IMG/VR virus record: IMGVR_UViG_3300045988_036833 | Coordinates: 1 to 55,859 of that record | Reading direction: 5' to 3' (one strand) | From: a virus | Length of the DNA stretch: 55,859 nt | Shown: positions 1 through 7,300 of the stretch, one piece after another | Numbering within the stretch: position 1 is the stretch's first letter | Layout: every line of letters starts with the position of its first letter | The notes under the pieces: generated by a model | Database searches by the model: none | Seen by the model: only the letters and a program-made list of their open reading frames with translations | Told to the model about the DNA's origin: nothing | Made by a program: the position numbers and the translations under genes

Positions 1-55
1 TTGTCCTATTTACAAGGGCAAAACTAGACTATGTACCGGAAACAAGGTCTTATGT
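1..55. repeat. Terminal overlap of a circular contig (identical to 55805..55859)
   Basis: The 55 nt ttgtcctatttacaagggc...ggtcttatgt occur at both ends of the window. The rep reading frame is continuous across the junction. Confidence 0.95.
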
Positions 56-791
56 TGTGGCAATCACTTGCAACCCTGACCTTCGCCCCATCTTTTTTGA
101 TATTGCCGAAAGCGGATATGTCCGGTATCGGCTGCGTTATACGTCACGGATGAAATCACAGTATAGCATCCTGCTTTATTCGATTCTTCGGGACTGGATG
201 AACATGGACAACAAGCCGCATGAAATCAGTCTGAAAAAACTGAGAGAACAGCTCGGTGCGATGGAAGCGAGCTACGATGTTTACAAGAACCTTCGAAAAA
301 GAGTGCTTGACGTTGCAGTAGATGAGATCAATGCTGTGTCTGACATTGTGGTGACCTACGAACCGGTTCTTGTGGCACGAAAGGCTGTGGCAGTCAAGTT
401 CAAGCCCAAAATTAAAGCGTCTGAGACGCTGATTGAAGCTCAGGCAAGCGAAGTATCAACCGAACCTCAAAAAACCGCCAGAAAGCCCCGCAGAAGCGGA
501 TACGAGGATTTTGACTGGTCTGTGTGTGACGAACTGGAAAAGCAAGACTGCATTGACGTGGCAAAAGTGGTTGAGAAGTGGATGAAGAAAGAACATCCTG
601 AAATCAAGTTGCCGAGACGCAGAGAAGCGGTTTACGACACGGTAAAGGCCGCGTATAAGGACATATTATCTTTGGACAGGTCTCCGTTCCCGGACAGACC
701 TGTTGGCTATCTCATTAGAAGCGTAGACAAAGCGGGTGTCGTAGACAAGTATATGCCAGCGTTCTATTCCATTGAAGTCTTGCAAGAGTAG
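1..791 (+). CDS. rep: Rep_3/RepB-type plasmid replication initiator, C-terminal part (gene wraps the circular junction; N-terminal part at 55519..55859)
   Basis: In frame with 55519..55859 through the 55-nt overlap, 358 codons in total. The tracked ORF 57..791 is an internal GTG. KSQYSILLYSILRDW...LREQLG...YKNLRKRVLDVAVDEIN fits iteron-binding Rep_3 initiators. Iterons lie just upstream of the start. TAG stop at 789-791. Confidence 0.85.
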   Translation, partial: VLFTRAKLDYVPETRSYVVAITCNPDLRPIFFDIAESGYVRYRLRYTSRMKSQYSILLYSILRDWMNMDNKPHEISLKKLREQLGAMEASYDVYKNLRKRVLDVAVDEINAVSDIVVTYEPVLVARKAVAVKFKPKIKASETLIEAQASEVSTEPQKTARKPRRSGYEDFDWSVCDELEKQDCIDVAKVVEKWMKKEHPEIKLPRRREAVYDTVKAAYKDILSLDRSPFPDRPVGYLIRSVDKAGVVDKYMPAFYSIEVLQE

Positions 792-835
792 CCAGATACA
801 GCACATTGAGCAGATGATGCAGAAAGGAGAAAACG

Positions 836-997
836 ATGAACAAGGTTTATGTGGTTCTTGCGGGATGTATGGGCGATTTATCTATAGAGGGTATATTTTC
901 TTCCGAAGAAAAAGCAAAAGCATATATTTCTGAAATGATGAAAGACGCATATCAAGCAAGCACGAAACCCTATTTTGAAGAATGGGATGTGCAATAA
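836..997 (+). CDS. Small hypothetical protein (53 aa)
   Basis: Not in the ORF track (<60 aa). ATG preceded by AAAGGAGAAAACG. Fills the rep-parA gap. MNKVYVVLAGCMGDLSIEG...EEWDVQ, TAA stop. Confidence 0.45.
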   Translation: MNKVYVVLAGCMGDLSIEGIFSSEEKAKAYISEMMKDAYQASTKPYFEEWDVQ

Positions 998-1012
998 AGA
1001 AAGAGTGATAAA

Positions 1013-1777
1013 ATGGCAAAAATCATAGCGGTTGCCAACCAGAAGGGCGGCACAGGAAAGACCACCACAAGCACCTGTCTGGCTGGTGCGTTGCAGTTGC
1101 TTGGCAAGAAAGTCTTGCTGGTGGACTGCGATGCCCAGTGTAACGCAACGGACACCTATGGCGCACAGACAGAGGACGTATGCACCCTGTTCGATGTGAT
1201 GACCCGGCAAGGAACAGCAGAGGAAGGAATCCAGCACTGTGAAGCCGGTGACATTCTTCCGTCAGACAGCGCATTGAAGGACATTGACGAGCAACTTGTC
1301 CGGGACATTGGCAAGAACTTTCGGCTGCGAGAAGCCCTTGAAAGCGTATCTGAGCAGTATGATTACATTGTGCTGGACACTCCCCCGCAGCTTGGTCTTG
1401 CGCTTGTAAACGCTCTGATCGCCGCCAACAGCATTATCGTACCTATCACAGCAGACCGATATGCACTGGCTGGTTTGAGCCAACTTTCGCAGACCATCGG
1501 AGATGTTCGCAGATACTTCAACCAGACTTTGAAGATTGAAGGTCTGCTTCTGAACCAGTACAAGAGCCGGGAGAACCTGTCTAAAGAGGTCGTAGAGCAG
1601 CTCCCTGTGATTGCACAAAGCATGGGAACAAAGCTGCTTGACGTGAAGATTAGACCGTCTATGGGCGTCCGTAAGGCGCAGGCAGAGCGGCACAGCCTGT
1701 TTAGCGGTGATACGGCAAAGAGTACCAGCGCAGAGGACTTCAAGGCGTTGGCGGAGATGATTGTGGAGGGAAAATAA
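1013..1777 (+). CDS. parA: ParA/Soj-family partition ATPase
   Basis: Deviant Walker A at the N-terminus (AVANQKGGTGKTTT), then VLLVDCDAQCN and IVLDTPP. About 254 aa, typical of plasmid type I ParA. Confidence 0.93.
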   Translation: MAKIIAVANQKGGTGKTTTSTCLAGALQLLGKKVLLVDCDAQCNATDTYGAQTEDVCTLFDVMTRQGTAEEGIQHCEAGDILPSDSALKDIDEQLVRDIGKNFRLREALESVSEQYDYIVLDTPPQLGLALVNALIAANSIIVPITADRYALAGLSQLSQTIGDVRRYFNQTLKIEGLLLNQYKSRENLSKEVVEQLPVIAQSMGTKLLDVKIRPSMGVRKAQAERHSLFSGDTAKSTSAEDFKALAEMIVEGK

Positions 1778-1779
1778 AA

Positions 1780-1992
1780 TTGGCTAAAAAGAAAACTGAA
1801 AATGTTGTACGTCCAATTGCACATTGGGAACAAGTAAATTACAGCTATGTGGACTTAGACAACGGCGGCGTTCAGGTAAAAGTGGCCGGTATTGGTTGTT
1901 CAAACTGCATGGCGAAGTTTAGGAAAAATTTTATGTGGGCAATCAATTTCTGCCCTAATTGCGGAGCACGAATGGAGGCTGTAGAAGAATGA
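1780..1992 (+). CDS. Small Zn-ribbon protein (CxxC...CxxC) within the par operon
   Basis: TTG start 3 nt after the parA stop, GGAGGG upstream. GCSNC...CPNCG motifs. Its stop overlaps the next start (ATGA at 1989-1992). Confidence 0.55.
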   Translation: MAKKKTENVVRPIAHWEQVNYSYVDLDNGGVQVKVAGIGCSNCMAKFRKNFMWAINFCPNCGARMEAVEE

Positions 1993-2561
1993 AATCAACC
2001 AGCAAAAAATCATCTGGCTTGCTTGGCGGGTTTGATTTCCAGCCTATTTTTTCAGAACAGACATTAAGCCGAAGTGAGCCAAAGGAAGAAGAAGTAAGCC
2101 AAACAAAGCCGAATAATGCCGAACAAGCACCGATTAAGCCTAGTGAAGCCACAGACGGCCATGCACAGCCGAGTGAAGCAGAATTAAGCGATATTAAGCC
2201 GAAGCAAGCCAAAGACAGCGAAACACAGCCGAGCAATGCCGTAGTAGGCGAAAGTAAGCCAAAGAAGCTGAAACAGGCGAAAGAAGTGCAGTGTTTGATT
2301 GAACAGGGCAATGTTCTAGGCGCACTGGCTGAAGCTGGTTTGACAAAGAAAAAAATCCCGATGCCGGAATCGCATCAGGGTATTGCAAGCGGTGACGGCA
2401 AGCGTTCTAAGCGCATTACCATCCTTATGAGCGAGGAAGAACGCAAGTACATCAATCGTGAAGCCAGACGGCACGGAATGACGATTGGACAGTTCGTGTA
2501 CGCTCTAGCGGCTGCGGCGGCAGAGGGGAAGATTGAACTGGAGGATTTCTTAGATGAATGA
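1989..2561 (+). CDS. Ribbon-helix-helix (RHH) protein with long low-complexity linker; candidate ParG/ParR-like centromere-binding adaptor
   Basis: ATG at 1989 with GGAGG upstream and an ATGA overlap with the previous gene (the tracked ORF starts at 1959). C-terminal KRITILMSEEERKYINREARRHGMTIGQFV looks like an RHH/CopG fold. Its position after parA supports the adaptor role. Confidence 0.6.
   Translation: MKSTSKKSSGLLGGFDFQPIFSEQTLSRSEPKEEEVSQTKPNNAEQAPIKPSEATDGHAQPSEAELSDIKPKQAKDSETQPSNAVVGESKPKKLKQAKEVQCLIEQGNVLGALAEAGLTKKKIPMPESHQGIASGDGKRSKRITILMSEEERKYINREARRHGMTIGQFVYALAAAAAEGKIELEDFLDE
2061..2280. repeat. 22 consecutive 10-bp-phased decamers (consensus RAANNNAGCC) inside the RHH gene
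   Basis: AGCC sits at decamer positions 7-10 exactly in 11 units (ending 2070, 2080, 2100, 2110, 2140, 2150, 2170, 2200, 2210, 2230, 2260). Six more units have one mismatch. The motif is read in all three codon phases. Confidence 0.85.
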
Positions 2562-3435
2562 TAGTGAACGACACCTTATTCGATTTGTTTGCGATGGTGA
2601 TATGCGAAACGCGCAAAAAGCTGTTAAAATCATTTTGAATTCCATATCATCCCAAAAAGATAAGCAGTTCAAAGAAAATATGTTTCGCAAGCTAGAAAGC
2701 AAAAGAGAATTTATTGAATTGCCATATAACTTACAGCATCTTTTGATTGCAGAGGATACAGAAGAATTTCCAGAAGCAAGATTCCTTCTTAGGAACGAAG
2801 AAAAAAATATAACGCAGAAAATTGTTGCCATTTATCGAGCCTCTGAAAAATTGAATGAAATGGGCATCCCTTATTTGCCTGCATTGATGCTTTATGGGCA
2901 AAGCGGATGCGGAAAAACCATGCTGGCTAGGTATATCGCGCATAAAGCAAAACTTCCGTTTTTGAGGATTCAATTTTCAAATCTAGTTGATTCGCACTTA
3001 GGACAAACACAATCTAACCTTGCAAGAATTTTTGATTATGTGAGAACCGTTCCTTGCGTTCTTTGTTTTGATGAAATAGATGCGGTCGGAATGGCTCGTG
3101 GGCAAAAAGATGACGTTGGGGAAATGAACCGTGTGGTTATTGCGATTATGCAGGAAATGGATAGATTGCCGAACAATGTCATCATTATCGGAACGACAAA
3201 CCGATTTGATAGGATTGACCCTGCGCTTACAAGAAGATTTCCGTTGCAATACGAATTAAAGCCGTTGTGCCGTGAGGATGCAGAAATGCTTTCTAAAAGG
3301 TTCTTTGAATATGCAGGAGCACAATATGAAAACATAGCTTATGAAGATCATGTCCCCGCATCTACCGTTATTAAAGAATGTACAGAGCGAATTGTAAATC
3401 AAGTTCTGAATCAAGAAGATTTCTTGGAGGATTGA
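2554..3435 (+). CDS. AAA+ ATPase (classic AAA clade) with about 110-aa helical N-domain
   Basis: Walker A GQSGCGKT, Walker B VLCFDEID, sensor-1 IIGTTN, Arg-finger region DPALTRRF. GGAGGA RBS. Start overlaps the RHH gene stop (ATGAATGA). Confidence 0.9.
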   Translation: MNDSERHLIRFVCDGDMRNAQKAVKIILNSISSQKDKQFKENMFRKLESKREFIELPYNLQHLLIAEDTEEFPEARFLLRNEEKNITQKIVAIYRASEKLNEMGIPYLPALMLYGQSGCGKTMLARYIAHKAKLPFLRIQFSNLVDSHLGQTQSNLARIFDYVRTVPCVLCFDEIDAVGMARGQKDDVGEMNRVVIAIMQEMDRLPNNVIIIGTTNRFDRIDPALTRRFPLQYELKPLCREDAEMLSKRFFEYAGAQYENIAYEDHVPASTVIKECTERIVNQVLNQEDFLED

Positions 3436-3438
3436 CGT

Positions 3439-4032
3439 ATGATTACTTACAGACCTCATCGTGGTTCTTTGGAAGATGCCATGAAAGAAGCAAAAACTTT
3501 TCTGAACGAATGGCAAATGAAACGGTATGTTGCAAATAACTGGAATCTTGCAATCGGAAGAAAAGTATTAGACCCCGAAGATATTATTATCGACAGCGAA
3601 TCAACAGACGATGACCGTGTCGGTTGGAAAAATGTTCACATGGTTTGCGCAAACAAGCTGAACGGAGAGGACTATGTAGAAAAATACGGATGCCCGCAGT
3701 GTATTGGCTATTGTGCATACAATAGTGAATGCAAAGAGGAACGGGAAGTAGAGGATTGGCAAATGATGAGATCGAAGGAATTTTACGAAGGAAGCATTAG
3801 CCGTTTACAGAAAATGGTTAAGCGTGGCATTTACGTTCTTTTGTTCGATGCCTTTGCTGTAGCAGTTCAGATTCCGTTTATCTTTGCTGGAAAATGGGTT
3901 GCAACGCACGTGATTTTGTCCATTGCAGTATCTTTTGCAGCGGGATTTAGTTTTAACACGCTTGTGGATAGCAAAAGACAACTTGATATGTACAAGGCAG
4001 ATATGGAATTGTACTATACCAAAGAAAAATAA
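3439..4032 (+). CDS. Membrane protein: soluble Cys-containing N-domain plus two C-terminal TM helices
   Basis: GGAGGA RBS, starts 3 nt after the AAA+ stop. CPQCIGYC motif. Hydrophobic stretches GIYVLLFDAFAVAVQIPFIF and VILSIAVSFAAGFSF. Confidence 0.75.
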   Translation: MITYRPHRGSLEDAMKEAKTFLNEWQMKRYVANNWNLAIGRKVLDPEDIIIDSESTDDDRVGWKNVHMVCANKLNGEDYVEKYGCPQCIGYCAYNSECKEEREVEDWQMMRSKEFYEGSISRLQKMVKRGIYVLLFDAFAVAVQIPFIFAGKWVATHVILSIAVSFAAGFSFNTLVDSKRQLDMYKADMELYYTKEK

Positions 4033-4051
4033 TTTATGCGAGGGGAGAAAA

Positions 4052-4312
4052 ATGCGCACATACAAGCCACACAGGTGCAGGAGCAAAGAGGAACAAGCCA
4101 AAATAAACGCAGAGGTAGCAAAACGTAAAGCAAAACTGGCTGAAAAGTACAATACTGACACTCAATATTACAAGGGCATTCCTGTTGAGCTGATTGTAAG
4201 AGAGGACTACGGTTGCTACAAAGCAAAGCGTTTCAAAATCAACGGTAGTAATCAAAACGTGTGGATTTCAAACTGCTACTTGAAGATGACGGAACAATCA
4301 AGACAAATATGA
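4052..4312 (+). CDS. Hypothetical protein (86 aa); possibly the 5' part of a frameshifted gene
   Basis: ATG at 4052 after GAGGGGAGAAAA (the tracked ORF 3923..4312 runs through the preceding gene). Basic N-terminus, then KRFKINGSNQNVWISNCYL. Confidence 0.55.
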   Translation: MRTYKPHRCRSKEEQAKINAEVAKRKAKLAEKYNTDTQYYKGIPVELIVREDYGCYKAKRFKINGSNQNVWISNCYLKMTEQSRQI

Positions 4313-4473
4313 ACATTGATTTTGTATTTCGTAAGTCTGTAAACCAGTTAAATAAAGCGGGAATCACGCAAGCGATTATTGGTATCAAACGTAAAATGCC
4401 GGAAGAAGATGTGCCAAATCTTAAAAGCACTATGCAGAAAATCGGAGATAAAGGAGGAATTACATGGGCGTAA
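4261..4473 (+). CDS. Hypothetical protein; alternative start ATG 4309 (ATGA overlap with previous stop) or 3' part of a frameshifted gene
   Basis: Overlaps 4052..4312 in the -1 frame. EDDGTIKTNMNIDFVFRKS continues naturally from ...NCYL of the upstream ORF. Confidence 0.45.
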   Translation: MDFKLLLEDDGTIKTNMNIDFVFRKSVNQLNKAGITQAIIGIKRKMPEEDVPNLKSTMQKIGDKGGITWA

Positions 4474-4895
4474 CCATCAAATGCAAAAAGACTAGGCGTG
4501 AAATGGATGTGGGCTATTTCGGCTTTTTCAAGTTGAGAGCGAAAGTTGCAGAACTTGTTGGTTCGGAAGTCGGAGAACACTATAAAAAACTTGATGACAT
4601 TTTCGATATGCCATCTCCCGAAAAAGAAAGCGCTCTTAAATCATACGATGACGAGACGGAGCGGATGATTGAAAGAAAGTCGCTTCCAATTAAAATCGCA
4701 GACTTTCTTTACCAGTCTGATTGCGATGGAAAAATCCGATATGGCGCTTGCAAGGAAATCTTAAAAGTCATAGGCGATTATGACGATAGCATTATTTACG
4801 GATATGCAGGTAGAGAAAATCCCGCAAAGTTCAAAGACTTCAAAGAAATCCTTCAAGATTGCGTAGACAATAAGTGCTTTATGATTTGGAGATAG
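4464..4895 (+). CDS. Hypothetical protein (143 aa)
   Basis: AAAGGAGGA RBS. Overlaps the previous stop. Last gene before a strong terminator. TAG stop. Confidence 0.7.
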   Translation: MGVTIKCKKTRREMDVGYFGFFKLRAKVAELVGSEVGEHYKKLDDIFDMPSPEKESALKSYDDETERMIERKSLPIKIADFLYQSDCDGKIRYGACKEILKVIGDYDDSIIYGYAGRENPAKFKDFKEILQDCVDNKCFMIWR

Positions 4896-4900
4896 CAACA

Positions 4901-4944
4901 AACCCCTGTGTAGCCGTTAAAAGCTACACAGGGGTTCTGTTTTT
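4901..4944. terminator. Bidirectional rho-independent terminator between convergent operons
   Basis: Perfect 14-bp stem aacccctgtgtagc / gctacacaggggtt with an 8-nt loop, followed by ctgttttt. An A-rich run lies on the other side. Confidence 0.85.
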
Positions 4945-5581
4945 ACTTATCAGCAATGCAATCCCAGTAGAGATATGCCTTGCCGTCTGCGGCATCTGCG
5001 TCCTCAAGGAACGCCTTTGCCATGTCAGCGTAGAAGCCCGGAGTGTCAACGGACTGGCGCTTTGCAACCTGACAATAATCCGAGTACATCATGTTCATCA
5101 CAGCCCAGAAATCGTTCGGGTCACAGGTGATATTGCGCTGTTTGGCAACGTCCTGTGTCTGCTCCAGCGTCCAGTGACATCCCTTCGTGCCGTCAGCATT
5201 CACCATGCTGTCGCACCATTCCTCCGCTTCATCGTGGGTGAGGTGCTTGCGTGGCATCTTGATAGAGCGGCTGTCCGCACCGCCATGCTCATACTGTCCA
5301 GACTGCTTGTCCCAGTCTCCGTGCTGCGAGAAGCCGATTTGCGGCATCTTGCGCCCATACTCTACGTCAGGGTAGCGGGGGATAGGGTAGGGGTCGATGT
5401 AGCGGTTCTCCTCCTGCGGATAGTAAGAATAGCGGTCATTGCCGTCTTCCAGCTTGCGCAGACGACGTTCCAGCTCACGCTCCCTGCGGTCACGCTCTTC
5501 CTCGAGGCGGTCACGTTCCGGCTCACGGTCTTTGTCGTGGTCGCGGAGCATCATCATGCGGCGAAAAGTGTTCTTGCCCAT
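4943..5581 (-). CDS. Hypothetical protein (212 aa), highly charged R/E/D N-terminus
   Basis: AAGGAGG RBS. N-terminal RDHDKDREPERDRLEEERDRRERELERRLRKLE. C-terminal globular part with HWTLEQT and MNMMYSDY. Last gene of the cargo operon. Confidence 0.75.
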   Translation of the reverse strand: MGKNTFRRMMMLRDHDKDREPERDRLEEERDRRERELERRLRKLEDGNDRYSYYPQEENRYIDPYPIPRYPDVEYGRKMPQIGFSQHGDWDKQSGQYEHGGADSRSIKMPRKHLTHDEAEEWCDSMVNADGTKGCHWTLEQTQDVAKQRNITCDPNDFWAVMNMMYSDYCQVAKRQSVDTPGFYADMAKAFLEDADAADGKAYLYWDCIADK

Positions 5582-5594
5582 AATCTATACCTCC

Positions 5595-5966
5595 TTAGGA
5601 AATGGACGCAGGCGCACCGGCGTGGGAGCGGCAGAAGCAGCCAAGATACTTAAACGTGCCGGTGCCGGTTGCAGACGTTGCCACACGGGTAGCGTAGCGG
5701 GTGCGGGTGTGGATGCTCTCGGCGGTCGCCTGAGCGCAGTTGCAGTCGGTCAGAGGGTATGCGGTCGTGCCTGCACCTATGGTAATGACCACAGGGGCGT
5801 TGATGGTGGTCGTGTCCGGGATGCTCTGGGCAACCACGATGCAATACTTCTCTCCGTTCTGGTATGCGCCAGCAGGAATGTTGATGGTCAGCGTGTCATT
5901 GGCGAACGTGACTGCCTGACTGATGACCAAGTGCGGGCAGAGTTTGCAGCTTGTTTTGCAAGCCAT
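5595..5966 (-). CDS. Cysteine-rich small protein (123 aa)
   Basis: TAGGAGGAAA RBS. MACKTSCKLCPH..., DCNC and GCFC. T/A/I-rich beta-type composition. Confidence 0.7.
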   Translation of the reverse strand: MACKTSCKLCPHLVISQAVTFANDTLTINIPAGAYQNGEKYCIVVAQSIPDTTTINAPVVITIGAGTTAYPLTDCNCAQATAESIHTRTRYATRVATSATGTGTFKYLGCFCRSHAGAPASIS

Positions 5967-5980
5967 AGTAGTTTCCTCCT

Positions 5981-6017
5981 AAAAAATCAGGGGCAGAGGT
6001 GTCTTACCCCTGCCCCG
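5981..6017 (-). terminator. Intrinsic terminator (partial) after the 290-aa gene
   Basis: On the - strand: GGGGCAG...CTGCCCC stem followed by TGATTTTTT. Confidence 0.55.
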
Positions 6018-6051
6018 ATGGTTCACCCGGCGTTATCGGGGAGTGTGTAGG

Positions 6052-6924
6052 TTAGCAGCAGCCGCAGCAGTTCACGCCCACGTTGGGGTTTGCCACCTGA
6101 TAAGCGGGAATCGGACGAGGATTGACCCGGTTCAGGATGGTATCAGTCTGCTGAGACATCACGGTGGTCAGAAGCGCATTCTGACGATCCTGAGAAGCCG
6201 CGAACTTCAAGCTCTGGTTCTCAGCGGTCAGAGTGGCAATCTTATCCTGTGTGAAGTAGTCCATCATGCTGCGGAAGTTGGCGTTGCAGTTGTCCACGAT
6301 GGCACGAGCGTTGTCTGCGATAGCCTGACGGGTAGCGCAGTCCTCCGTTGCGATGGTGTACTTCAGGTCGCCGATCAGCTGCTTGTTCTCGCAGCAGCAA
6401 GATGCCAGCTGCGTGGCAAGTGCGGTCTGACCCGCCTGACGTGCGTTGCCCTCCTGCATGATGGCAAGGCTGATGGCGTTGTCGCCGTTGGACACGCTGC
6501 GTTCCAGACCGTTCACCAGCTGCGCGTTCTGGTAGCCGAGCTGACAGATCGCCTGATTAGTACCAGCAAAGCCGCCCGCAACGGCAGCGTTGAGAGTGTT
6601 CATCTGTGCGAGCTGGTCATAGCCCAGAGAGCAGATACCGCTCTGGATGCCAGCCAGGGAACGGGAAGTGTCCTGCTGGTAGAATCCCTCCGACAAAGCC
6701 GCACGAGTATCTGCGCCGCCCTGACCGGTTGCACCGGTGCCCACCAGATAGGGGATGTAGCTGTTCATGCCGTTGTCACCACCGTTCCGGCCGTAGCCGT
6801 TTGTACCCCAGCCGAAGATGATGGCGAGGATAATAACCGCCCACAGACCTTCGTTGCCGAAGAATCCGCCGTTGTTATTGCCGCCGTCCTGCCCAGCCAG
6901 ATAGCCAGTTGCAAAATCGTCCAT
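6052..6924 (-). CDS. Membrane-anchored protein (290 aa) with G/N-rich N-terminus, one TM helix, CCC and terminal CCGCC motifs
   Basis: AAAGGAG RBS. LWAVIILAIIFGWG as the TM helix. Internal ASCCCENK. C-terminus NVGVNCCGCC. Confidence 0.75.
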   Translation of the reverse strand: MDDFATGYLAGQDGGNNNGGFFGNEGLWAVIILAIIFGWGTNGYGRNGGDNGMNSYIPYLVGTGATGQGGADTRAALSEGFYQQDTSRSLAGIQSGICSLGYDQLAQMNTLNAAVAGGFAGTNQAICQLGYQNAQLVNGLERSVSNGDNAISLAIMQEGNARQAGQTALATQLASCCCENKQLIGDLKYTIATEDCATRQAIADNARAIVDNCNANFRSMMDYFTQDKIATLTAENQSLKFAASQDRQNALLTTVMSQQTDTILNRVNPRPIPAYQVANPNVGVNCCGCC

Positions 6925-7046
6925 AACAAAACTCCTTTCAGTTTTGCGTTATGCTATCCCACCGCCGTGTGCGATGGGCGAAGCCAAACAAAAGCGGTTT
7001 TTATCAAGTCCGCAAAACTGAGAAGCGTTTCGCTTAGAGGGATGCT

Positions 7047-7298
7047 TTATCGGGGCAGCGTCAGGTTCAGGACGCTTGCCAGCTGGTTCAGGTCGATGCC
7101 CCGCTCTTTGGCAAGGTTCTGCGCCATCGTCCTAAGCTGCGTTTCGTTTTTTCCCTGAATCAGGTTCAAGCCCTGCATGATAGGGGCATTCTGCCCGCTC
7201 AACTGCTGGATAAGCCCCATCGGGTTCTGCCCGGCACGAGCCAGATTTGCAAGCTGCATGATGGGGCTGTGCGTAATCATGTCAAACGGAGAGGACAT
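7047..7298 (-). CDS. Hypothetical protein (83 aa)
   Basis: AGGAGAATAACA RBS, 3 nt after the upstream stop. Q/N/L-rich. Confidence 0.6.
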   Translation of the reverse strand: MSSPFDMITHSPIMQLANLARAGQNPMGLIQQLSGQNAPIMQGLNLIQGKNETQLRTMAQNLAKERGIDLNQLASVLNLTLPR

Positions 7299-7300
7299 TG

